DNA of 64,000 nucleotides from Octopus vulgaris (Eukaryota): NCBI GenBank assembly GCA_951406725.2, contig OX597843.1, positions 6,572,001 to 6,636,000 of the forward strand, read 5' to 3'. Shown piece by piece: positions 40,910 to 52,521 of this stretch (position 1 is its first letter; each line of letters starts with the position of its first letter). The notes under the pieces were generated by a model. It saw only the letters and a program-made list of their open reading frames with translations, ran no database searches and was not told where the DNA came from. The position numbers and the translations under genes were made by a program.

Positions 40910-41111
40910 CATACATATATATATGTGTATATGTATATATATATATATATATGTGGAAGGTTTACGAAAATAAACAAAAGACGAAGGCAGGTGGAGTATA
41001 TCTATACATACATATATCTGTCCGTCTCTCTCTCTCTGCATACATATGTGTATATATATACACACACACACACACACACATATATCTGTCTGTCTGTCTT
41101 CTATTTTCCAG

Positions 41112-41245
41112 AGAAGGTGCTCAGTGCCCGTGGTGTCAGCTGCAACGTGATGGGAAACATGGGTTGCTACGTGCACTGTGTCCGCCTGGGACACAGAAGA
41201 GGGGGTCGATGTAACGCTGCCAAGTCGTGCATTTGTCATGTTTAA
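41112..41245 (+). CDS. Defensin precursor, coding exon 3: EKVLSAR + mature peptide GVSCNVMGNMGCYVHCVRLGHRRGGRCNAAKSCICHV
   Basis: Acceptor TCTTCTATTTTCCAG|. Six Cys spaced C-x7-C-x3-C-x10-C-x5-C-x1-C, with HC in the helix and a GGRC gamma-core as in insect/fungal CS-alpha/beta defensins. Cationic (4 Arg, 1 Lys, 3 His, no acidic residue). TAA at 41243-41245, AATAAA 26 nt later. Confidence 0.92.
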
Positions 41246-41271
41246 ACAACAACAACAACAACAAGTGATGC

Positions 41272-41277
41272 AATAAA
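41272..41277 (+). terminator. Polyadenylation signal AATAAA of the defensin gene (second AATAAA at 41349-41354)
   Basis: Canonical hexamer shortly after the stop codon, followed by T/GT-rich sequence. Confidence 0.65.
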
Positions 41278-42055
41278 GCCCAAACAACATTAAAATAATC
41301 AAAATGAAAAATATTCTGTCTTATTGTCTTTGTTTTTAATTATATTTTAATAAATGTATAATTAATAATATATTATACACGCGTGTGTGCGTGTATACTT
41401 TTTATGCGTGTCCGTATTTTTCGTCCGATTTTGATGAAATTTTTACTTTAATTAAATGGCAAATTTATCCAGGCAGGTCACTGCTCCGTTACTGATCCCT
41501 AGAGATCCCCCCTTCTAGGAGAAAACAATCGATAAAACTGAAGGGACCACCCACTTTTAATAAAGTTACGCCAAATTGGTGTCAAGTACGGAGTAAGGGA
41601 AATAACTGCTGAATTCTACCGTCATCTTCGCGAATTATCTCCCCTTTTTTCCACACTCGCTGCTGCAAAGGAAATGGACTGTGGCCATACTGGAGCACTA
41701 CATTCAATATTTAGTCGATTAGATGGATCGTAGTATTATGTCTGGTATTTCTCTTTTCGGTAGTGGATCGGTAGAATAGTCAGTAGGTCAACTGGTTGGA
41801 ATCTTGGTTCAAATTGCATCGATTTTAGATTTACCTTTTATTTGTTCTGGGGTCGATAAAATAAAGGAGTCGTTAAATGTTGGGGTGGATTTAATATTCC
41901 TATAAAACATTCCGGGTGTGAATGGATTTATAATAGAAGACTAAGGCAACCTAGGGCAGGGATCGGCAAACTGGGGTAAAAATGAAATTCTTGGGGACAG
42001 CAGTAGGGGTTCCTTGGCTATTTTTAGAAATGATGCCAAACCATTTTTCAATGTT

Positions 42056-42151
<96 letters not shown>

Positions 42152-42176
42152 TACATATATATACATATATATGTAT

Positions 42177-42246
<70 letters not shown>

Positions 42247-42273
42247 GTATATTTATATATATATATACATATA

Positions 42274-42306
<33 letters not shown>

Positions 42307-42419
42307 CGGGAAGGTTCACGAAAATAAACAAAAGACGAAGGCAGGTGGAGTACTTTTTGGAGATTTTCTGTGTTTTAGTTATAGGGATAAGATTTTAAAA
42401 CCCCAAATAAGATTAATTT

Positions 42420-42745
42420 AATCATTGTTTGTCAAGCTTGGATTTGAATTTCTTAATAAAGTCCTTTTCTCCCAATTTCATTCAGGTTGTAAAGTTTATG
42501 AAATGGGAATATCATAAAAGTTTTCCGACCACATCTTGCCAGATGGTTACTCAGTGGTATTTGGCCGACTTCTGGGTTTTTAATTTGTTGTCGATGCACC
42601 CACAAGCATTCTGATAGTGCATTACCTGTCTGGCCACCAAGGTACAGTTCTTCACAATTTGGGCATTTGATGCAGTAGATTAAATTTCTACTTTTGCAGG
42701 TCATGTTCGCCTTTGTGAATATTTTCCCTGTTTTTGTGTTCATAT
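42420..42745 (-). mobile_element. Penelope-like element, GIY-YIG endonuclease remnant
   Basis: MTCKSRNLIYCIKCPNCEELYLGGQTGNALSECLWVHRQQI...NH matches the PLE GIY-YIG pattern (IY...C..C...Y.G.T...H); frameshifted. Confidence 0.85.
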
Positions 42746-43574
42746 ATGGGCCGATATATATCATCATCATCATCATCATCGTTTAACGTCCGCTTTCCAT
42801 GCTAGCATGGGTTGGACGGCGATATATATATATAAATATGCCGGTGGAACATAAAAAGCACCATCCGAACATGGCCAATGCCAGCACCGCCTTGACTGGC
42901 TTCCGTGCTGGTGGCACGTTAAAAGCACCAACTGATTGTGGCCGATGCCGGTGGCACGTAAAAAGCATCCACTACACTCGCGGAGTGGTTGGCATTATGA
43001 AGGGCATCCAGCTGTAGAAACACTGCCAGATGAGACTGGAGCCTGGTGCAGCCTCCTGGCTTCCCAGACCCCGGTCGAACCGTCCAACTCATGCTAGCAC
43101 GGAGAACGGACGTTAAACGATGATGATGATGATGATGTGTGTGTGTGTGTGTATGTAGGCATAGGAGTGGCTGTGTACATCGCTTGACAACTGATGCTGG
43201 TGTGTTTACATCCCCATAGCTTAGCGATTCAGCAAAAGAATCCGATAGAATAAGTATTAGGCTTACAAAGAATAAGTCCAGGGGTAGGGGGGGGAATCAA
43301 TTTGTTCGACTAAAGGCAGTGCTCCAGCATGGCCGCAATCAAACGACTGAAACAAATAAAAGAACAAAAGACTACATATATTCACACACACACACACACA
43401 CGTATGTGTTTGTGTATAAAGAGAGAAAGGAATAAAAAAACAAAGTAAAAACACAAAGTTTTATGTCAGAAGATTTCAGATTTTTCGCTTGAATTGAAGA
43501 GTCAAGAGTCATGAAATGTTTTAACAAAAATATAGCATTATACATACATGCATGTTATGTGAGTGTGTGTATAT

Positions 43575-43745
43575 ACCGTATTTTAACGTGTATAAGGAAC
43601 CCCTTAAATTTGGGGGCTTAAAATTTGAAACAAAAAAAAGGTTTTGTAAGGGATTATAATATTATCCATGTATAAGAAACTCCCATATTTTTTTTTACCT
43701 AATTTTTGATAAAAAAAGGGTTCCTTAGACACATTAAAATACAGT
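43575..43745. mobile_element. Short pogo/Tc1-type MITE
   Basis: TA-CCGTATTTTAACGTGTATAAGGAACCC ... GGGTTCCTTAGACACATTAAAATACAG-TA. Confidence 0.7.
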
Positions 43746-44678
43746 ATATATAAGCATGTATGCATATTTGTATTATGTGTGTTTATATGTATATATATAT
43801 ACACACATATATATGTATGTATGTATGCATGTTTGTATTATTATGTGTGTGTTTATATGTATATATACACACACATATATATGTATGTATGCATGTTTGT
43901 ATGAATGTGTGTGTATGTATATGTATATATACACAAAAATATATATATATGTATGTAGGTATGTATATTTATATATACATGTATCTTTATATATACATAT
44001 ATATATATACATTTATATACAAATATATATGTATGTATGCATGCATGTTTGTATTATGTATGTGTGTGTTTATATGTATATATATACACACACATATGTA
44101 TGCATGGTTGTATGAATGTGTGTGTATATATACACACAAATATATAGGTGTGTGTGTGTTTGTGTGTAGGTATGTATATTTATACATACATGTATCTTGT
44201 ATTTACAAAAATATAATTATATAAATAATATACATTGAAATAATGAGTTCTTATTTCCGGTTTCATTGTATTAAATGAGAAAGAGTGCTGGAAATAGCAG
44301 CCAAATCTCTCTCGAATGACATGGCCCTCACCAGCACTTTCTAAGAAAATAGCATGTTGGATGTTGGATATGACTGCGAGTTCTTTGTACATAGGAAAAC
44401 AGACGTGATGGTCATAGGTGGAATGTCTTCTTTGGTGGCAACTCTGCTGGATGATGCCTGACCTGGGGGCTAAACAACATTTGTATACAATGCACAAACA
44501 CAATTTCATACACATATATACACACCAAGATATACATACATACACAACATATAATATACATTTATATACATATATATATGAGAGAGAGAGAGATAAATAG
44601 ATATACATACACACACATATAGCCACATATCCATACACACATCCACAACATGTGTATGTATGTATGAATATTTTTTTT

Positions 44679-44876
44679 TTTACTTGTTTCAGTCATTTGA
44701 CTGCGGCCATGCTGGAGCACCGCCTTTAGTCGAGCAACTCGACCCCGGGACTTATTCTGTTGTAAGCCCAGTACTTATTCTATCGGTCTCTTTTGCCGAA
44801 TCGCTAAGTGACAGGGACGTAAACACACCAGCATCGGTTGTCAAGCAATGCTAGGGGGACAAACACAGACACACAA

Positions 44877-44933
<57 letters not shown>

Positions 44934-45090
44934 TACGACGGGCTTCTTTCAGTTTCCGTCTACCAAATCCACTCACAAGGCTTTGGTCAGCCCAAGGCTA
45001 TAGTAGAAGACACTTGCCCAAGGTGCCATGCAGTGGGACTGAACCCGGAACCATGTGGTTGGTTAGCAAGCTACTTACCACACAGCCACT

Positions 45091-45093
<3 letters not shown>
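44679..45093 (-). mobile_element. SINE family A, full copy
   Basis: Reverse complement match; flanked by (TA)n. Confidence 0.9.
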
Positions 45094-45140
<47 letters not shown>

Positions 45141-45424
45141 ATAAATACAGACAGCACAAGACGTTCATTGAGATTACTTTGAGGACAAAGTCTCTTAGTT
45201 TACAGTAACTGATAACATTAAGCAGAGCATAGAACAATTAGCGTTTAAGATCCAGTAATTTTGATAACAATAACAACCATTTGATAACATTATCCCTCAC
45301 CAGAAGAAGCAGCTTTCACTGTGTACATACCAGCATAAATTACATACACACACACACACATATATATATACACATATATACATACATATTAAGAGACAGA
45401 CACACAGTCACACGTGTCCACTGG

Positions 45425-47221
45425 TCAATGGGATTTGATACAAACGTAAATGCCGACATGTATAATAGTGTTCTTGTCCTTGTCAAACGACACCTCGTAT
45501 GTCCACCTGTCGCCCTTCTTCTCCGCCAGTAAGCAATGCACATAGTCCATGGTCCTGTAAACCAAAAGATATCTGGGTTTGTCAGCCGAACAGTTCAACC
45601 ATTTCACGGCCTTCATGTGACCCTCACATTCGTAGAGGCGGACGCACTTGTTGTCCAGGAATTGCTCAGCCGTACCCGACGGGTAGTTGTCGACCACATC
45701 AAACAGAGAATAGACATCGCAGAGGGCCAGGCCGAACCACTTACCGTAGCATTCGTAGAAGACCCTCATCGTTGTGGTGGGTAACGTGCTCCAGAACCGC
45801 TCCTCCTGTTCGGAACTTTCGATTTTCTCCCGTATCCGGCTGATGTTCCGTAGGATACTCCTCAGGGGAACATTCAGGTGGAGCAGCCGTCTGTAGCGGC
45901 GGAAATTCTTGTAAAACTGCCTCAATTGGCGAGAATAAGATAGGGACATGTTCAGATCAAACAGACGTTGGAGGTAGTTGTTGGTGTTGGTTGTGGTGGT
46001 TGCGGAGGTGGCTTCGGTGGCTGTGGCCGTAGTATGGATCTTTCGACCAGGGAACAGCAATTCCAGGTAATAACCCTGCTGGAAGGCACAGGACAGCCTC
46101 ACCATCGGAGATTCCCTCTCTTTGATTCTCAAATACTTCAATTTCTCAAAGTTGTTGGGACACGAATGTAGGATCTCGAAGGAAGATGTTGGCGCCACAC
46201 ACAAATGCTTCCTCAGGTTATCCAAAGACACCTCCAAATGTTGTTTCGTTTCTGGTACATCTATGTTCCGCTTTAGCCTTGCCTTGATCTTGCCCCGGAT
46301 GCCGGATGAACAAACCATTCGGCTTTTACCGAGCTGACTCCCTAACTCGCTCCTCAATATATTCAGAGGGTCCCCATCCAGCTCAAGATCCTTCTCACAC
46401 TCACCGCCCTCCATCGCCGCTCCATTCGACGGGATGCCACTCTCTGCCATGTCTAAGTCCACCTCGTATTTCTCGTTCTGCGATGGAGTCGTGTCCCAAA
46501 TATTATACTTGGACTCACCCAGGAAACGTCCTTCGGGATTTCCCTGTTGTGGAATAGAAACATCAAATCGCTGATCCGGCATCGGATAACATCCGTGGGA
46601 AGCAACCGAATGCTCCTGGTGTTGTTGCTGTTGTTGTTGGTGGTGGTTCTCTTCTGCTTCCTCCTCCATCTCATCTTTATAATCCGTGCTGACCGTCCCT
46701 TCACATTTGGGCCTGTCTCTGTGAGACGTGTCAAAGGTCAGAGCGGCCGAACCGGGGTCAGCGGACGAGTCCAGCTGCAGATAATTAAAGGAGTCGCACG
46801 TCGACCGTTTCCTTTCTGAAGTGGTGGTCGCATTTATGTTGATGTTGTTGATGCTGTTGTTGCTGGAGGCGGTGGTGTCGGAGGTGGTGGCCACCATCAT
46901 CGCCGCCGCCGCCGCCGTCGTCGTCGCCTGTTCCGTGTAAGTCAAACCTTGACCTTCGACCTCGATCAACTTCGACGCCGACGGTTTCGCCATCAACAGC
47001 CTCAAAGGTCGATATTTCTCGTCGAAGTAGCGCAGGGCGAATTCGATCTCTCTTCCCCTCGATTCGCCGCAGACCCTCTCCTCCCCCTCCGTCTCCCCCT
47101 CCTCCTCGGCCGATCTCCACATTTCGGACAAATAGGCGTTGGTCGTGATTCCGGCCTCGAACACCTCCGACCACATCTGCCTGACCACTTCGATGTTCTG
47201 GCCAAACGGATGGACGCCCAT
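45425..47221 (-). CDS. Uninterrupted 598-aa ORF, uncharacterised protein (low-complexity acidic N-half; predicted helical and globular C-half)
   Basis: 1.8-kb stop-free, non-repetitive, GC/CpG-rich frame within AT-rich repeat DNA. Realistic composition with short polyA/N/Q/T tracts. In-frame stop about 100 nt upstream of the ATG. No family recognised. Confidence 0.85.
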   Translation of the reverse strand: MGVHPFGQNIEVVRQMWSEVFEAGITTNAYLSEMWRSAEEEGETEGEERVCGESRGREIEFALRYFDEKYRPLRLLMAKPSASKLIEVEGQGLTYTEQATTTAAAAAMMVATTSDTTASSNNSINNININATTTSERKRSTCDSFNYLQLDSSADPGSAALTFDTSHRDRPKCEGTVSTDYKDEMEEEAEENHHQQQQQQHQEHSVASHGCYPMPDQRFDVSIPQQGNPEGRFLGESKYNIWDTTPSQNEKYEVDLDMAESGIPSNGAAMEGGECEKDLELDGDPLNILRSELGSQLGKSRMVCSSGIRGKIKARLKRNIDVPETKQHLEVSLDNLRKHLCVAPTSSFEILHSCPNNFEKLKYLRIKERESPMVRLSCAFQQGYYLELLFPGRKIHTTATATEATSATTTTNTNNYLQRLFDLNMSLSYSRQLRQFYKNFRRYRRLLHLNVPLRSILRNISRIREKIESSEQEERFWSTLPTTTMRVFYECYGKWFGLALCDVYSLFDVVDNYPSGTAEQFLDNKCVRLYECEGHMKAVKWLNCSADKPRYLLVYRTMDYVHCLLAEKKGDRWTYEVSFDKDKNTIIHVGIYVCIKSH

Positions 47222-47224
47222 GCT

Positions 47225-47458
47225 GGAGCACTCTTCTCTCTCTTTTTCTCTCTCTCTCTCCGTCGGTTTCTTTGTAATCCAAGCGTCAGGAGTTCGATTC
47301 CTGCACGAGTCAGCAGAACGGGAACAGCTTTACGTAACACCGTCATTGTCAGCGTCACCTAGCGGCGGTGACGATGGCAAACCTTTCCCCTCTCGACTTC
47401 TGTTCCGTCAAGTTTCACTTCGGAACAAAAACCGATGTTATTACTTCCTGGATACACT

Positions 47459-47460
<2 letters not shown>
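47225..47460 (-). promoter_or_regulatory. CpG-rich putative promoter/5' UTR of the 598-aa gene
   Basis: Unique CpG-retaining sequence directly upstream of the ATG, with ETS-like CAGGAAGT (about 47443-47450), TTACGTAA and two TGACGC half-CRE motifs on the minus strand. Confidence 0.4.
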
Positions 47461-47500
<40 letters not shown>

Positions 47501-47679
47501 ACACATACACACGCGCACACACACACACGCACACACATACACACACGCACACACACATACACACACACACACACGCGCGCACATACACACACATACACAC
47601 TCACACACAGACGCACACACACGCGCGCACATACACACACACACACGCACACATACACACACGCACACACACACACACG

Positions 47680-47723
<44 letters not shown>

Positions 47724-48399
47724 CACGCGCGCACATACACACACACACACACACACTTTTTAACGGAACAACGTTGAACGTTGGAATTATGATTGTAAAA
47801 CGACATTTTAAAGATTTCTCCAACACAAGAACGACTGATGGAGTTTTTATTGGTAGCATATTTTATGATCGGAGACATTCCGACTGTGACCATCCTGTCT
47901 TATATTCAGGCATAGTGTATCTAGGACTACATTATCTAATGTGTCCTGCCTTGTTGTTTAGCCCCAGGTCAGTCCTGATCCAGACAGACCTATGGTCAAA
48001 GATGTTCCAGCTGTGACCATCCCGTCTTATATTCAGGCATAGTGTATCTAGGACTACATTATCTAATGTGTTCTTTGCTGCTATTGCTTTTTAGCCCCAG
48101 GTCAGCCCTGATCCAGCAGACATTTGATAAAAAATGCACAAGAGTGTGTGTGTGTGTGTGTTTGCTTCACAACCAACGTTGTGGGAAGGATGAATTTGTG
48201 TTCTTCTTTCTGAGGGGAGGGGCGATTGAGGACTTTGTAGAAAATACTCTAGCAAGTCAGGAACCGAGGGAACCGACTTGTTGTATTGACAATCCAGAGT
48301 GGCCTCCACAGCTGGCTGCTCTGGTACTGGAAAGAAGGGAATTTTTCTACTTAACAGACTCCTTTTAATAATAATAATAATAATAAACATTGTGTACAG

Positions 48400-48662
48400 T
48401 GCTCAGGTGCACCACAACTCATCTAAAGTGTATATATAATCAGGTGTAGTTTCGGCGGATTTCGGAAAGCATGAGGGCCTTAAAGGATGCAGTGTCATGG
48501 CAGTCAACAACTGATGCAGGCAGTTTGTTCCATGCTTCAGCAACTCTGAGCGTGAAAAAATGTTTCCGAAAGTCATGGGAGCTGTGCTGTTTTCTGACTT
48601 TGTAGGCATGTCCACGTGTGTTGGACACATGGAGATCAAAAAGGTGTTCGGTGTTGTTGTTA
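48400..48662 (-). mobile_element. CR1-clade LINE 3' end
   Basis: NTRGHAYKVRKQHSSHDFRKHFFTLRVAEAWNKLPASVV is the typical CR1 ORF2 C-terminus. Confidence 0.85.
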
Positions 48663-49394
48663 AGGAAGGACTACAGATTTCTCCATGGGGGCCCCGACTT
48701 GCTGGTGTGGGGTTGCTTGAAGTATAAGAGGTTTATTGCCTCAATATAGGTTAAATTTGTAATGGATTTTTTAGTCCAAATAAATTCTATGTGCGAAATT
48801 GAAAAATTGTCAGAGGGTTAATACCTCAATGAATGTGAAAGAACAATGTTTTAGAAAAGCAGAGGGTCGGCGGGCGCTTTCTGCCTTCTCCCATCCTTAT
48901 CATTCTCGTATCATTATCATTCATTTCATTAATGTCTTGTCCAGTCCTTTATGACAAATTTGATGAAATAAAGTAGCTTGCTTACCAACCACATGGTTCT
49001 GGGTTCATTCCCAGTGCATGGCATCTTGGGCAAGTGTCTTCTAATATAGCCCCAGGCCAGCTGAAATCTTGTGAGTGGACTTAATAGACAGAAACTGTCT
49101 ACTAAATCATAAGGTGGCAAGCTGGCAGAAATGTTAGTATGCTGGGTGAAATGCCTAGTGGTATTTCGTCTGCCATTACATTCTGAGTTCAAATTCCGCT
49201 GAGGTCGACTTTGCCTTTCATCCTTTCGGGGTTGATTAAATAAGTACCAGTTATGCACTGGGGTCGATGTGATAGACTTAATCCCTTTGTCTGTCTTTGT
49301 TTGTCACCTCTGTGTTTAGCCCCTTGAGGGCAGTAAAGAAATAAGAAAAGTTAAGGAAAAAAGGGATTAAATGAGGCATGCCGGGAGGGGGGAA

Positions 49395-49620
49395 TGTGAT
49401 GGTTTGGATGTGTGATGAGTATGAATAAAGACAGCTGTGTATAGAAGTGTCTGTCACTGAAATTGGATGGTACCTGTGGATGAGGTAGACCCAGGAAGAC
49501 ATGGGATGAAGTGGTGAGAACTGATCTCAGGATCTTAGGGCTCAAAGAGGAAATGATGATGGTTTGAGATGCCTGGCAACATGAGGTTCTAGTGAATACC
49601 CGTACACGAAGCAGGGTGCT
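49395..49620 (+). mobile_element. RTE-like LINE 3' fragment
   Basis: Translates to WFGCVMSMNKDSCV...GRPRKTWDEVVRTDLRILGL, with stops. Confidence 0.7.
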
Positions 49621-50936
49621 AGCAGAGTCGTGTCCCACCCACACGTAACAACACACTCCACCCCAAGAAACCGAACTACCCTTCCTCTTCTGAACTGCAT
49701 CTTTCTCTTCCTCACATTTCCTGTTCATAATCTACGATTGTTCTCCAATCCCTTTTCTTGTCCTGCTCACTGTATCCCCACTCCTCCCACCCTATTCTTC
49801 TACCCAGGTTCTATGCTAAGATTCTTGTTATTTGTGAGTAAACCCTAGCACTCTCTGACACTTTTGCTGTTTCCTACTCTCTCTCTCTCTCTCTTTCCCT
49901 TGGTCCCTCTCTTTCTACTTCTCTTGTTTTTCCTCTGACCCGGGAACCAAGTATCTCTTTTACGTCAGCACCCTTGTTTCTGGCCCATTTCTTGTACCTC
50001 TCTCTCTCTCTCTCAGGCTAACCATGTACCTCCTCTATAGCAAGATACCTATTTCTGCCTCTCTATTTCTCTGTCACACTAACCTTTCATCATCTGCTAC
50101 TAGATGATCACCTCATCTAATGGCCCCTAAGTTGTGGCACAACATCTGCTTCTGTCTGTCTCTCTGTCACCCTCTAACCTTCCATCCTTTAACACAAGTC
50201 TCCCTCCTCAAATCCCCTCCCCCTCTCAAAATTCTTTGTCTTGCAAATTATTTGGTGACCCTGCAGGTGCTGGTGCCCTGTGAAAAGCATCCAGTCCATA
50301 CTGTGAAGTGGTTGGCATTTGGAAGGGCATCCAGCTGTAAAAATCACACCAAAACTGACCTCACATAAAAAGCACTTAGTCCACTCTATGGAGTGGTTGG
50401 TGTTAGGAAGGGCATCCAACCTTAAAATCCTTGCCAAAACAGACACAGTAGCCAAGAGTAGCTTTTCTACCTGGCTGGCTCCTGTCAACCATCCTACTCA
50501 TGCATGCATATATATATATATATGTAGGTCAAAATTCTAGATCAGAAATTTTCAGTGGTTGCATCCATATATATAAATATATTCTGAAGAACTGGAAAAT
50601 TCCACTTATTCTGGACTGACTTCATATCTTTCCAGCCTTAAGGTCCAAGGGAGATAACCCTTTTACCTTTTTTTGTTTTTATTTTCTCTTTTTCGTTGTT
50701 TGCTTTCTGTGTTTTCTAAATTCTGCCTTCTCAGTTTTTTCGTGTTTCTTATATTATTCAATGTTTCTACCTGGTTTGCACCTGAAGAATATGTCGGAGG
50801 TATTTCTCAGCATCTGAAACTATTAGTAGCACTAAAATACATGTATTCTGACCTAATAAAGTATATTTATCTCTCACCAAAATGGAGAACCTTTTCTCTT
50901 GAATTTTCTGTCATGGAATGGTACATTATATATATA

Positions 50937-51492
50937 TTGGGTTGTCCGGAAAGTTCATGCCGATTTATTCAACTTATTTTAGAACATGGTTGAGTCCCTA
51001 AAATAGGATTTGACTCCACCTCCATTTAGTGCACAGTTTAAGCTATCTTTTCGTGGAAGAAGGTTTATGTTCCTATAACCTGTGTTAATTCTGTAACCCT
51101 TTAAAATGGAAGAAAAGGAAATTCATTTTCAGCACTTGATGCTTTGGGAACCAGACAAAAATTGCTGCAGCTCAGCCAGGATGTGTTACCCCACCCTCCA
51201 TATTCACCAGATATTATTACTCCTTCGGATTTCCCCTTATTCAGGTCTCTGCAGAATAGTCTTAATGGTAAAAATTTCAATTCCTTGGATTAAGTAAAAA
51301 GATACCTTGATGAATTCCTTGCCATGAAACCCCCTCAATTCTGGGAAGAGGGTATTTTCAAGTTAAAGGAAAGATGGAGACACATTGTGCAACAAAAGGG
51401 TTCATATTTGGTTGATTATAAATATAATGGCAAGTATTTATTGACCTTTTTCTTGCCTTTAAAACTTGGCACAAACTTTCCGGACAACCCAA
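50937..51492 (+). mobile_element. Internally deleted mariner transposon with both TIRs and TA target duplication
   Basis: TIRs TTGGGTTGTCCGGAAAGTT / AACTTTCCGGACAACCCAA. Remnant peptides MEEKEIHFQHLML, LPHPPYSPDI and FWEEGIFKLKERWRHIVQQKGSY. Confidence 0.92.
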
Positions 51493-51603
51493 TATATTGT
51501 TTTATTTCAGGGTGGACCTTTTTTTTTGTTTTGCCAAAGAAAGACACACACTATATATACGTCCTTCACTCACTTATTGCTGTTCTTATTCTAACTCATG
51601 TCC

Positions 51604-51784
51604 ATTGTCTGGAAATCCTTCATCACACATCTGTGACCTCTTCAGTGACACTTTCCGTCTTCATGTGTTCTCTTGCTTCACGTATTCCATTCTCAGAATG
51701 GAATAAGCAAAGCAAGAGCACACGCAAAGATGGAAAATGTCGCTGAAGAGGTCACAGATGTGTGACGGAAGATTTCTGGACAAT
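51604..51784. repeat. About 180-bp near-complete palindrome (foldback)
   Basis: ATTGTCTGGAAATCC...TATTCCATTCT-C-AGAATGGAATA...GATTTCTGGACAAT pairs almost to the apex. Confidence 0.9.
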
Positions 51785-51819
51785 ATATGCAAGTGATTAT
51801 TTGGCAAAATATAGATATA

Positions 51820-52222
51820 GGTGCAAGAGCGGCTGTGTGGTAAGTAGCTTGCTTACCAACCATATGGTTCCGGGTTCAGTCCCACTGCATGGCACCTTGG
51901 GCAAGTGTCTTCTACTATAACCTCGGGCCAACAAAAGCCTTGTGAGTGGATTTGGTAGACGGAAACTGAAAGAAGCCCATCGTATATATGTATATGTATA
52001 TATATGTGTGTGTGTTTGTGTGCCTGTGTTTGTCCCCCACCCAACATTGCTTGATAACTGATGCTGGTGTGTTTACGTCCCAGTAACTTAGCAGTCCAGT
52101 AAAAGAGACCGATAGAATAAGTACTATGCTTACAAAGAATAAGTCCTGGGGTCGATTTGCTCAACTATAAAGACGGTGCTCCAGCATAGCCACAGTCAAA
52201 TGACTGAAACTAGTAAAAGAGT
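51820..52222 (+). mobile_element. SINE family A, full copy
   Basis: Same head, core and tail as 3269-3690. Confidence 0.9.
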
Positions 52223-52300
52223 ATATATATATATATATGGGTAAGGTGTTGCTGCTGATGAATGTGGCTTGTAACAATCTAACGAACTAATATTAATTAA

Positions 52301-52521
52301 CCCTTTAGCATTTAAACCGGCCATATCCGGCCAAAAGTATTCTGTTTGTTTTATGTTGAAACTGGCCATATCTGGTCTCTCACACCAACCCTACAATATC
52401 GTTTTAAAAATTAACAGCTTCCTCATCAAAATCTCAAAGCTACAAGATAATGAATGATTAGTTCAAAGCAATGTGGATGAAAAAGGATTAATTTTGGCAG
52501 AATAATGTGAACACTAAAGGG
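52301..52521. mobile_element. piggyBac-type MITE with TTAA target duplication; degraded copies near 55219-55402, 55520-55738, 56430-56603
   Basis: TTAA|CCCTTTAG ... CTAAAGGG|TTAA. Confidence 0.85.

Noticed and set aside
40781-41111. N-terminal part of the 154-aa ORF that ends in the defensin sequence
   Set aside because: Intronic microsatellite read-through (YIYI/HTHT); the real exon begins at the acceptor at 41112.
45499-47362. Antisense and alternate-frame ORFs overlapping the 598-aa gene
   Set aside because: Shadow ORFs expected from GC-rich coding sequence.
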